The notes under the pieces: generated by a model
Databases searched by the model: none
What the model saw: the letters and a program-made list of their open reading frames with translations, nothing else
What the model was told of the DNA's origin: nothing
From: an uncultured bacterium
Lineage (GTDB): Bacteria; Chlamydiota; Chlamydiia; Chlamydiales; FEN-1388
Assembly (NCBI GenBank): GCA_964462925.1
Contig: CAYWZU010000005.1
Span: 18,171 to 82,170, forward strand
DNA length: 64,000 bases
Reading direction: 5' to 3'
Program-made: the position numbers and the translations under genes
In this document: positions 16,357-24,952 of the stretch, in pieces
Layout of the letters: every line of letters begins with the position of its first letter
Position numbering within the stretch: position 1 is the first letter of the stretch

Positions 16357-18767
16357 AAGCTGCCTTTAAATAGGGAGTCCATAATCTTTTTGTGCTCCTT
16401 TTCATGCACAAGGTGAGAGCCGCATGCAGGAGAAGAGCTTGCATCTCTTCCTCTATATTCAAGCCGGCTACCTTTTGGCAAGAGCTCAGATAACGGCTCA
16501 GAGATATATGCTCTTGCACCCATGTTATAGGGCTCTTCTTGAGCCCAAATAAAGCTTTTAGCATTTATATATCGAGAAATAATTTCTTGAAGCCTCTCCT
16601 TATGAAGAGGGTAAAGCTGCTCTATTCGTATGATTGCCATATGATCTTGCTCTTCATCCATTAGATCGTAATAAAATCCTCCAGAACAAAATATAAGGGT
16701 ATCAACTTTCCGAGGATCTACTCTTTTGTCATCGATGACCTCTTCAAAGACTCCCCCAGTTAAATCATCTACAGTACTTATACATTTTGGAGAGCGCAAA
16801 AGGGCCTTTGGAGTAAAGACAATAAGAGGTTTTTGCATTTTTGCTTGGCGCCTAAGAAGATGAAAGTACTGGCCTGGAGTTGTTGGATAGGTAACAAAGA
16901 TATTATTTTCACTAGAGAGCTGCAAGAAGCGCTCTATGCGCCCTGATGAGTGTTCCGGCCCCTGCCCCTCATAGCCATGAGGAAGAAGCAGTGTTAGCTT
17001 GGAGTGGGCACTCCACTTCTGCTCGCCCGGCGTTATATACTGATCTATGACAATCTGGCCGCCATTTGCAAAATCGCCATACTGTGCTTCCCAAAGCACA
17101 AGAGCATGAGGCCTTCCAAGGCTGTAGCCATATTCAAACCCAAGGGCTGCATATTCTGATAAAAAGGAGTCTACAATCTCAAAATCAGGATCTATACTTT
17201 GGTGAGGGATGTAGATCTCTGCAGATTTTTGATCTACCCACATGCCATGTCTTTGGCTAAAAGTTCCCCGGCGAGAATCTTGCCCTGCAAGCCGAATAGG
17301 GACTTTATCTTGCAAAAGCGTCCCGAAAGCTAAAGCCTCTGCAAATGCCCAGTCAATTTTAGAAGTTGTCCGCTCATCAAGCAGCTTCTTTAGTCGAGGA
17401 TGGAGCTGAAAACCAGTTGGCACTGCATGGAGCTTCTCTACGCATTCTTCAATTTGATGGTTAGAGACCTTTGTCTCATGCTGTGTAAAGATGTGATTTT
17501 GCTGCTTTTTTTGTGGAGAGAGGCTTTTTTGCTTTTTTTGCACGTCGCTATGGGCTCTTTGAAGCTCATTTTTAAACTCTTCGTCGAGAAAATCAACAGC
17601 GACGCCCTCTTCAACGAGCTTATCGTGGTATTCTGCTCGTATTGACCTCTTTTTTCTGATGATTTGGTAAATAAGCGGCTGCGTAAAGGCAGGCTCATCG
17701 CTTTCATTATGGCCATATTTTCTGTAGCAGTTTAGGTCTATAAAGACATCTTGAGCAAATTTTTGGCGGATTTCATAGGCAAGCTCCATGGCAAAAATGC
17801 AGCTTTCAGGATCTTCTGCATTTACATGAAAAATGGGAGCGCCAAATGTTTTAGCGATATCTGTACAGTACATGGTTGAGCGGCCATCTTCCGGCAGTGT
17901 AGTAAAGCCTATGTAGTTGTTGATCACAATGTGTATAGTGCCGCCCGTTCTGTAACCTGCAAGCTTTGCCATCTGAAGGGTCTCATAGACAACGCCCTGG
18001 CCGGATATTGCAGCATCTCCATGAATAAGAACTGGCAAGACCTCGGATGGATTTTTTCCAGCTTGCCTAGCTCGTGCCATTCCCTCAACAACCGCATCTA
18101 CAGATTCAAGATGGCTTGGATTTGCAACGAGTACAATGTTTTTTTCTGAATGATTTGAGCTATAGCCTTTGTGATACTTGACATCGCCGCTTGTCTCAAA
18201 GGTATCCTCAACAACATCCTCAAACTCAGAAAAGATCTCTTCATGGCTTTTTTGCAAAATATTTGAGAGAACATTAAGCCTTCCCCGATGGGGCATTCCA
18301 ATTATAAGCTCTTGAATATCAGAGTCAACCACCACTGCAAGCATAGGAATAAGGGTTTCTGCGCCTTCGAGTGAAAAGCGTTTTTGACCAACATATTTTG
18401 TATGTAAAAAAGTCTCAAAGCCCTCTGCCTTATTTAGCTCGTGCAAAATCTTTTGCTTTTGCTCAGGTGAAAAGGAAAATTCCCCTTCAAGAGGCTCAAT
18501 CCTTGAGACAATATAATCAGAGACTTCCTTCTGACAAAATGGATAAAACTCATAGCCAATAGATCCAGAATAGATCTTCTCATAGCGCTCTTGAGGCGCG
18601 CTCTTCTTTTCAATAAAAGGCGAAAAATTAGCCTTAAGATGGCCATTAAGCCTGTAGTACTCCCCTGCGTCTCTCTCTGCTACTTCCGGGGTTTTGACAT
18701 GGCTCTCTATATACCCTTCAAGAAAGGGTAAATTCTCCGAATGAATCTCTCTAAAATCAGGGTGCAT
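16353..18767 (-). CDS. sucA: 2-oxoglutarate dehydrogenase E1 component
   Basis: 804 aa. It has [13 protein letters not shown], a ThDP-binding region ([14 protein letters not shown]) and a 4-nt overlap with sucB. Confidence 0.95.
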   Translation of the reverse strand: MHPDFREIHSENLPFLEGYIESHVKTPEVAERDAGEYYRLNGHLKANFSPFIEKKSAPQERYEKIYSGSIGYEFYPFCQKEVSDYIVSRIEPLEGEFSFSPEQKQKILHELNKAEGFETFLHTKYVGQKRFSLEGAETLIPMLAVVVDSDIQELIIGMPHRGRLNVLSNILQKSHEEIFSEFEDVVEDTFETSGDVKYHKGYSSNHSEKNIVLVANPSHLESVDAVVEGMARARQAGKNPSEVLPVLIHGDAAISGQGVVYETLQMAKLAGYRTGGTIHIVINNYIGFTTLPEDGRSTMYCTDIAKTFGAPIFHVNAEDPESCIFAMELAYEIRQKFAQDVFIDLNCYRKYGHNESDEPAFTQPLIYQIIRKKRSIRAEYHDKLVEEGVAVDFLDEEFKNELQRAHSDVQKKQKSLSPQKKQQNHIFTQHETKVSNHQIEECVEKLHAVPTGFQLHPRLKKLLDERTTSKIDWAFAEALAFGTLLQDKVPIRLAGQDSRRGTFSQRHGMWVDQKSAEIYIPHQSIDPDFEIVDSFLSEYAALGFEYGYSLGRPHALVLWEAQYGDFANGGQIVIDQYITPGEQKWSAHSKLTLLLPHGYEGQGPEHSSGRIERFLQLSSENNIFVTYPTTPGQYFHLLRRQAKMQKPLIVFTPKALLRSPKCISTVDDLTGGVFEEVIDDKRVDPRKVDTLIFCSGGFYYDLMDEEQDHMAIIRIEQLYPLHKERLQEIISRYINAKSFIWAQEEPYNMGARAYISEPLSELLPKGSRLEYRGRDASSSPACGSHLVHEKEHKKIMDSLFKGSL

Positions 18768-18856
18768 AGGCCTTCTACCATCTCACTTTACTAGATACCC
18801 TATTTACTATATATTTAAAATATTAATAATGATTAAAGCAACTCTCCTTCTGTTCG

Positions 18857-18889
18857 TTTTGGTCCTTTATGTCTTTTTGGTCCTTATAT
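18857..18889. promoter_or_regulatory. Direct repeat TTTTGGTCCTT x2 (starts 18 bp apart) in the sucA / 19010 divergent intergenic region
   Basis: The sequence TTTTGGTCCTTTATgtcTTTTTGGTCCTTATAT was read directly, 90-120 bp upstream of the sucA start. Any function is inferred. Confidence 0.3.
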
Positions 18890-19009
18890 TGTTGCAAAAA
18901 AAGTCACAAGATGAGATCCCATCCCAATACTGCCAAAAGTAACTTTTAACTCGCGGCAAAAAATGGAATATGTCATAGTTTTAGGGATTTTTTACGAAAG
19001 GCTGGCAAA

Positions 19010-19519
19010 ATGAAGCAAATTAAAAGCGAGCGTTTACGCAAATTAGAATCTGAGTTAAATGATCTTCAGCAGTGGCTGCAGCTCGGTCTTGTGCCTAAAA
19101 AAGATGTAGAGCGCCATAAAGAAGAAATTGTAGTGCTTCAGGCAAGAATCGATGAAGAGAAGGAACGCCTGCAGTTTCTTAAGGAAGGCGGCGAAGCTGA
19201 AGAATTTATCGCACCAAAGAGAAACCAAGCAAAGGCCGGCTATGCCGAGATGCCTACAATTCCTGATGTCGATATGGAAGGTAGCGGATCTAGCATGTCT
19301 GAGGGCGGCTACGATATGGATACCTACATTAGCGAAGACACCTCTTTTGAAGATGAGACCGAAGAGGAAGAAAACTACGCAACAGGCGAAATTGGCGAAG
19401 GCGGAGAAGCTAAGGGCGAAGCCGGAGAAGAGGGCGAAGAAGAAGATGAATCCTACTTTTCTGACCGCAACCGCTGGAGACGCGGCGGCATTGTCGACCC
19501 AGACGCAGATGAATGGTAA
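19010..19519 (+). CDS. Hypothetical protein: N-terminal coiled coil and a strongly acidic Glu/Gly-rich tail
   Basis: 169 aa. The tail includes GEIGEGGEAKGEAGEEGEEEDE. The 3' end overlaps the hemW start by 7 nt. Confidence 0.55.
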   Translation: MKQIKSERLRKLESELNDLQQWLQLGLVPKKDVERHKEEIVVLQARIDEEKERLQFLKEGGEAEEFIAPKRNQAKAGYAEMPTIPDVDMEGSGSSMSEGGYDMDTYISEDTSFEDETEEEENYATGEIGEGGEAKGEAGEEGEEEDESYFSDRNRWRRGGIVDPDADEW

Positions 19520-20610
19520 CTAGTGTATACATCCATATCCCCTTCTGTAGGCATAAATGTCCTTACTGTCATTTTTATGTCATTGGGGATAAGGAATCCT
19601 TTAAAGAAGATCTCCTAGCAGCGCTAAAGCTTGAATTTGCAACTATTCGCCCTCAGATAGAGGGCAAAAAACTCACTTCCATCTACTTTGGAGGCGGAAC
19701 TCCAACACTTTTTGGTCCTAAGCGAATCCAGGAAGTGCTCTCTTGGTTCAGCTTCGATAACATGTGCGAAATCACTATAGAGACAAATCCCGAAGAGCTT
19801 GCCGACTACAAAACCTATCGCGATATTGGCATAAACCGCATAAGCCTTGGCGTGCAAAGCTTAAGCACAGCGGAGCTTATGGTTTTAGATAGAAGGCATA
19901 AGCCGGAGCAGGCGCTAGATGCCGTCTATGCTATGAAAAAAGCAGGACTTGATAACATCACTATAGACCTCATGTATGATCTCCCTGGGCAAACGCTCGC
20001 CTCTTGGGAAAATACGCTAAATATTGCTTGCACACTCCCTATCACGCACCTATCGCTTTATAACCTTACTATTGAGCCGGATGCCTGCTTCTTCAGGCGT
20101 GAAAAAGAAATCCGCAAGATGATGCCTGATGAGGACACCTCAACTGCCATGTATGCCATGGCGCAAGAAAAGCTATCAAAAGCAGGTTTTACCCAGTATG
20201 AGATCTCCGCCTTCTGTAAAGACAATCTCTACTCACGACATAACATTGGCTACTGGACAGGAAGAATCTTCTATGGAATGGGACCCTCCGCTTTCAGCTT
20301 TGACGGCAAAAGACGCTACAGGAATGTAGCAAATCTTGCCCGCTACAAAAAACTGCTCGAAGAGGGTGCCTCCCCCATTGACTTTGAGGAGGTAATCGAT
20401 GAAAACGCAAGAAAACGAGAGCTTCTCACACTAAATCTTCGTCTCCTTGAAGGCATAGACCTCACCCAATTTGCTCCCCTCGAAAAGGAAACTGAAGAGA
20501 GCATCTTAAAGCTTATTGAGCAAGGCCTTCTCCTAAAAAACGAAAATCACCTCGCACTAAGCCCAAAAGGCATACTCTTCTACGACACCATCGCTTCAGA
20601 GCTTATTTAA
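19513..20610 (+). CDS. hemW: Radical SAM heme chaperone HemW / coproporphyrinogen-III-oxidase-like protein
   Basis: 365 aa. It has the CRHKCPYCHF motif (CX3CX2C), a GGGTPT motif and a HemN-type C-terminal domain. Confidence 0.85.
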   Translation: MVTSVYIHIPFCRHKCPYCHFYVIGDKESFKEDLLAALKLEFATIRPQIEGKKLTSIYFGGGTPTLFGPKRIQEVLSWFSFDNMCEITIETNPEELADYKTYRDIGINRISLGVQSLSTAELMVLDRRHKPEQALDAVYAMKKAGLDNITIDLMYDLPGQTLASWENTLNIACTLPITHLSLYNLTIEPDACFFRREKEIRKMMPDEDTSTAMYAMAQEKLSKAGFTQYEISAFCKDNLYSRHNIGYWTGRIFYGMGPSAFSFDGKRRYRNVANLARYKKLLEEGASPIDFEEVIDENARKRELLTLNLRLLEGIDLTQFAPLEKETEESILKLIEQGLLLKNENHLALSPKGILFYDTIASELI

Positions 20611-20714
20611 TGCAACTCCCTTTTTGAATCACTAGACAACTTTAGTTGCCATATGTACCATCTGCTATGCTGCTGCCAAAGTTTTGGCAGCAGCATAAAA
20701 TAAAGGAGCAACAT

Positions 20715-21077
20715 ATGAGCTTTTCCAATGTAGCAGCCGTACTAACACGCGGCTATAGCCAAGAGCCTTCTACCGTTCAGAAAATAGGTAGAGGCGTATT
20801 AATTGCGATGAATGTAGCAGGAGCCGTCGGACCTCTCCTTGCCGCACTTTCTGGAGCGAGCAAGAGCACTTGGTTGGAAGTACTCTCTGATTCTTCTGTA
20901 CATACTGTAGCCGTGATTACGCTGCTTTCCAAAAATACGCCTACATGGCCATCTGTTGTTGTAAATGCCTTCAGGGCCTTTACATTGTTTAAAGGGTTTT
21001 CAACCTTTCCAGCGCCGGCCCCGTCGCTTGACGCAATCGTTCACTCTGCAAACGTAATAAGTCCATACGTATTATAG
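20715..21077 (+). CDS. Hypothetical membrane-associated protein
   Basis: 120 aa counted from the ATG preceded by AAAGGAG; the ORF-track TTG at 20646 is less likely. A hydrophobic stretch GVLIAMNVAGAVGPLLAALSG is present. Confidence 0.5.
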   Translation: MSFSNVAAVLTRGYSQEPSTVQKIGRGVLIAMNVAGAVGPLLAALSGASKSTWLEVLSDSSVHTVAVITLLSKNTPTWPSVVVNAFRAFTLFKGFSTFPAPAPSLDAIVHSANVISPYVL

Positions 21078-21087
21078 CTCTAAATGG

Positions 21088-21106
21088 GGGCCGATTTTTT
21101 CGGCCC
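21088..21106 (+). terminator. Possible intrinsic terminator hairpin
   Basis: The hairpin is GGGCCGA-ttttt-TCGGCCC, 11 nt after the stop at 21077. The trailing T-tract is weak (tcgatttc). Confidence 0.4.
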
Positions 21107-21255
21107 TCGATTTCATACAGTTTCCAAACAACCTATACGGATTGTCCAAACTCGGGCAGGCCTTAGCTGATCCCTCGCGAAAAAGGCAAATTCCCCTGTG
21201 AGTAAAAGACTCTATGAAGTACATAGAACAAAACCCCTAAAAGGAGCATTTGTCT

Positions 21256-21528
21256 ATGTTAAAGAAAGCTTTTGTTATAGCGACCCTAGCTTTTGCAGTT
21301 AGCCCGCTTTCTGCTGAAACCCTCGTTGATATTGAAGGTGGAAAAGTCATCGTCGAATCTGATGGCACAAAAACCGTAACAAGACCAGATGGAACTAAAA
21401 TATCTGTACATCCAGATGGCTCAAAGATGATTAAGAAAGCAGATGGCGAAACTGTCGAAATAAAAGCCGACGGCTCAAAAATCATCAAAAAGGCAGACGG
21501 AACAAAGATCGAAGTTCCTGCAGAGTAG
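21256..21528 (+). CDS. Small secreted protein made of six 9-aa xDG(T/S)K repeats
   Basis: An AAGGAG RBS precedes the start. The signal peptide is MLKKAFVIATLAFAVSPLSA. The repeats are SDGTKTVTR, PDGTKISVH, PDGSKMIKK, ADGETVEIK, ADGSKIIKK and ADGTKIEVP. Confidence 0.65.
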   Translation: MLKKAFVIATLAFAVSPLSAETLVDIEGGKVIVESDGTKTVTRPDGTKISVHPDGSKMIKKADGETVEIKADGSKIIKKADGTKIEVPAE

Positions 21529-23196
21529 CTCCCGATAATATTCTTCGTACTTTTCTCTTGCAGCATCGCTAAGTTCTACGACTTCAAGGATCTGGGTAGG
21601 GCGCTCGCGCTCTACCATTTTTTTGGCGGTAAACATGAGTACTTTGTCTTTATAGCTGCAAAAGATGCGGATGTATTTTCTGCCTTGCTGCTGTATAAGC
21701 ACCTTTTCTAAGCGAACATTTTTTCCAGAAAAGAGCTTTGAGGGCTCTGTAAGGGGAAAGGTGCATTCATCGATGAGAAATGTTTTGTCATACTTTTGAT
21801 ACTCTTGCCAAAATGTTGCTGCAAGGTCAATATAGCTTGTAGATGAGAGCTTTTTGATATGATGCAGGGCATTTCCCGGGGCTATAGAAATCATGCGAAA
21901 ATACGGCGTTTCACGGATACTTATCTCTCTATTTATTAAGCGATCTTCGATGAGAAGCACGCTTGTTCCAAATAACTCGACCGGCTTTTTGTCATCTTCA
22001 TAGAGCTCTAGCTTATGCACAGTTGAATTATGGATAGGAAAAAAAGTATTGCTTTCAGCTAAACGAAGAAGTGCAATATTTGAAATTGCAGGATTTGTAA
22101 TGAGAGAGAGTGTATCTGGAAGCGTCTCAATCGAGAGAAGAGAAAAATCACATACCCCGATTTCTTGGAAAAATTGCCCCCATTCGCACGCTACCGGTAA
22201 AGGCAAATGCCAAACGCCCTTCTCTCTATCATACTTCAAATCATCTACAGATAGGTACTTTTTTTCTGTGCTTGGAAGCACGGGTCTTTTTTTGCATACG
22301 CTTGCAACATCGGTAAGTGCGTCGCAAATAATCGGATAGGAATAGGTGCGATCAAAGGCAAGTGCAATGTGATTGCCTCCACTATAGCAGCCTGAATAAT
22401 GGAGAAGATGGGTATGGAGGCGCGTATCTAAAAACTCTAAAAACGTTTGAAACTCTGAAATCGTAAGATCGCAAATAATGGGCTCTGCTTGCCATACCAC
22501 TTTGCCATCCTTCCACTGTTCCCGATAAAGGTTTCCACCATGACCAGCAAGAGCAATTGTCCATTCATAGGCCCCTTGTCCGGAAAAGAAATCTTCAAGT
22601 GAATCTATAAACGAGCTTCTTGTACGCGTCTGCAGATAGAGGTAGACAGGATCCTCGGGGTACAATAGTTCGTCGAGACCATCTACAGAAATATCAGGAT
22701 AACCATTTGGGACAAAAAGATAATACCCCTTGTTATTTGTATAGGCTTTCCAATCATCTTTTGAAAGGGGTGTGTAGTGAGCAAGAATGAGCTGATAGTC
22801 ATAGCCGCTTACATAATTTTGCTTTTTATAAAACTCCTGATTCACACGCTGGACAATTTGCTTCTTATCGACACGTTGTAGACTTAACTCATGAATCATC
22901 TTGTTGATGTTTTTATAGAGCCTGTCAATTTTATAGTAGGGCATATCTTCATCTACACAATTTTGACGATAGTGAATAAGACGCTCTACAAAGCTATGCC
23001 AGAGTCCTGCACTTACCAATATAGGAGAGCTTTTCTCTTGCAAAGCAGATTGCAGCTTGCTCATCAAGAAATAGACCTCTGTCCCTACATGCTCGCATTC
23101 CTCATCCTGATCGAGCAGAATAATACAGTGCCTCTGTTCAGAAGCGTCAACAAAAGATGCAAATAAAATAAATAAAGAAAGAAATAAGCTTTTCAT
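21475..23196 (-). CDS. Secreted hypothetical protein with a clan-CD-like (caspase/legumain-type) His-Gly ... Gly-Cys signature
   Basis: 573 aa with signal peptide MKSLFLSLFILFASFVDA. TIALAGHGGN holds His219 and HLLHYSGCYSGG holds Cys270; each residue is preceded by a hydrophobic strand. Confidence 0.4.
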   Translation of the reverse strand: MKSLFLSLFILFASFVDASEQRHCIILLDQDEECEHVGTEVYFLMSKLQSALQEKSSPILVSAGLWHSFVERLIHYRQNCVDEDMPYYKIDRLYKNINKMIHELSLQRVDKKQIVQRVNQEFYKKQNYVSGYDYQLILAHYTPLSKDDWKAYTNNKGYYLFVPNGYPDISVDGLDELLYPEDPVYLYLQTRTRSSFIDSLEDFFSGQGAYEWTIALAGHGGNLYREQWKDGKVVWQAEPIICDLTISEFQTFLEFLDTRLHTHLLHYSGCYSGGNHIALAFDRTYSYPIICDALTDVASVCKKRPVLPSTEKKYLSVDDLKYDREKGVWHLPLPVACEWGQFFQEIGVCDFSLLSIETLPDTLSLITNPAISNIALLRLAESNTFFPIHNSTVHKLELYEDDKKPVELFGTSVLLIEDRLINREISIRETPYFRMISIAPGNALHHIKKLSSTSYIDLAATFWQEYQKYDKTFLIDECTFPLTEPSKLFSGKNVRLEKVLIQQQGRKYIRIFCSYKDKVLMFTAKKMVERERPTQILEVVELSDAAREKYEEYYRELLCRNFDLCSVCLFDDF

Positions 23197-23460
23197 ATCT
23201 GATCATTATTAAATATAAGGCAAATAATAAAATACAGAATTCAATACTGTAAATAGATATTATTTATCAAAAATTATGTGACTAGCTAGGACTGAATTTT
23301 ACTTGAAAAAGACTACCCCAAAAGATATAATTGAATTGAAAAAAGCGTCTACACTCTCACATAATCTCTTCTTAGTTGCCCTTAGGAATATTGAAGCTCA
23401 GATAGGTCGTGAAAGTCTTTATAAAACCCTCTCTGATACGGACTAAAAAGATAAGCTAAA

Positions 23461-24900
23461 GTGACAAACAAAGAAAAATATTGGACCACCTGTCCTGAAT
23501 GCCAGGGATGTGGCAAAAAAAAATTAAAACTTCGCAAACAAGCAAGACTTCGCTATCAAACTGCTACAGCTGAATATAAAAGCAAGATAGCTCAAGGAAT
23601 AGCGTCAACTCGCCCTAAGATTACTCAATATTTATGTGATTTGTGCATAGGCTCTGGCTTAATATCTTCTCCATCTTTCCCAGTCAAAGATGAAAACCTT
23701 CCACATATAGCAATAATAGGTGCAGGGATAGCAGGCGTTGCGCTAGCAGTAGCATGTTTACATCGCGGCATTCCATTTACTCTTTATGAACGAGATACTA
23801 GCTTTGATGCTCGCGCTCAGGGCTATGGACTAACCTTGCAGCAAGCAAGTAACGCCATTAAAGGATTGGGTCTATTTTCCTTAAAAGAAACAAGTCATTC
23901 AACTCGCCATGTGGTGCATACAATAGATGGCAAAGAAATTATTGAATGGGGACTAAGGACGCATGGAAATAAGAATGAATCTCCAAAACGTAAAAATGTG
24001 CACATTCCCAGACAGACGTTACGCCTTCAGTTACTTGAGCAGTTGGGCGAGCGCATAGAGTGGGGGCACCGATTAGTTAGCTTTAAAGAATGTGATGATA
24101 AAAGTGTAGAACTAAGCTTTCAAGTTAATGGGCAAATAAAGACAGCCCATGCAGATTTAGTGGTGGGTGCCGATGGCATACGTAGTGTGGTGCGTAGTTT
24201 GTTAATTAGCGAAGAAGTTACCCCCTTACGATATCTTGGGTACGTCGTAATTTTGGGTATATGTTCTTTAGACGCTATAAAGGGCGATGAAAGTCCCTTA
24301 CTAGATTCGGCCACCGTATTTCAAACCGTAAATGGTTATGAAAGAATGTATATGATGCCATACTCAAGTGACTCGATAATGTGGCAGTTTAGTTTTCCAA
24401 TGCCCGAAATAGACGCTAAGGCTCTAAGTGCAAAAGGCCCATCTGCACTTAAAAAGGAAGCGTGTCAAAGAGCGAGGTGGCATCATCCAATTCCCGAAAT
24501 CTTATCAGCTACTCCAGAAGAACTCATTACAGGGTATCCAGTTTATGACCGAGAGTTACTCACCCCAAAATTAATGGAAAAAATGGGGCCATTTACTCTG
24601 ATTGGAGATGCTGCTCATCCCATGAGTCCATTTAAAGGACAAGGTGCCAATCAAGCTTTGTTAGATGCACTGGCTCTTGCTCGCACTATTTCAAAAGACT
24701 GTAGTCTTAGTAAACCTAATTGGCGAGAAAATGGCATACGAGAAGCAGTCCTTACTGAATTTGAAGAAGAGATGCTAGCACGTAGCAGCGCGAAAGTAAA
24801 AGATTCCGCCGAGGCTGTGCAGCTTCTACACTCCAAAGTAGTCCTACGCGATGGTGATGGACCTAAAGGAAGATGTTTACGCGGTATTTTTAAAGGGTAA
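23461..24900 (+). CDS. FAD-dependent aromatic-ring monooxygenase with an N-terminal DnaJ-type CxxCxGxG zinc-finger extension
   Basis: 479 aa with a GTG start. It has CPECQGCG (aa 11-18), CDLCIGSG (aa 59-66), the dinucleotide fold IAIIGAGIAGVALA and GDAAHPMSPFKGQGANQALLDA. Confidence 0.8.
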   Translation: MTNKEKYWTTCPECQGCGKKKLKLRKQARLRYQTATAEYKSKIAQGIASTRPKITQYLCDLCIGSGLISSPSFPVKDENLPHIAIIGAGIAGVALAVACLHRGIPFTLYERDTSFDARAQGYGLTLQQASNAIKGLGLFSLKETSHSTRHVVHTIDGKEIIEWGLRTHGNKNESPKRKNVHIPRQTLRLQLLEQLGERIEWGHRLVSFKECDDKSVELSFQVNGQIKTAHADLVVGADGIRSVVRSLLISEEVTPLRYLGYVVILGICSLDAIKGDESPLLDSATVFQTVNGYERMYMMPYSSDSIMWQFSFPMPEIDAKALSAKGPSALKKEACQRARWHHPIPEILSATPEELITGYPVYDRELLTPKLMEKMGPFTLIGDAAHPMSPFKGQGANQALLDALALARTISKDCSLSKPNWRENGIREAVLTEFEEEMLARSSAKVKDSAEAVQLLHSKVVLRDGDGPKGRCLRGIFKG

Positions 24901-24952
24901 TTGAGTTTTATGAGAGAAAGATATTCTACCATGTCTCTCGAATGTCTCTATT

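Noticed and set aside
16310-16564. An 84-aa ORF spanning the sucA/sucB junction.
   Set aside because: It is out of frame with both well-supported genes, which already overlap by 4 nt.
19330-19470. A GA-rich stretch, examined as a possible DNA tandem repeat or array.
   Set aside because: It has no fixed repeat unit. It is codon-level low complexity encoding the Glu/Gly tail of the 19010 protein.
19152-19523. A 123-aa basic ORF in an alternative frame of the acidic-protein gene.
   Set aside because: It is a by-product of the GAA/GAG/GGC-rich low-complexity DNA and lies wholly inside a better-supported ORF, with no start context.
21237-21566. A 109-aa ORF antisense to the DG-repeat gene, itself showing a periodic FxPSAF repeat.
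   Set aside because: It is the mirror image of the 27-nt periodic coding repeat on the + strand. It has no RBS or signal, and the + strand ORF has an AAGGAG RBS and a signal peptide.
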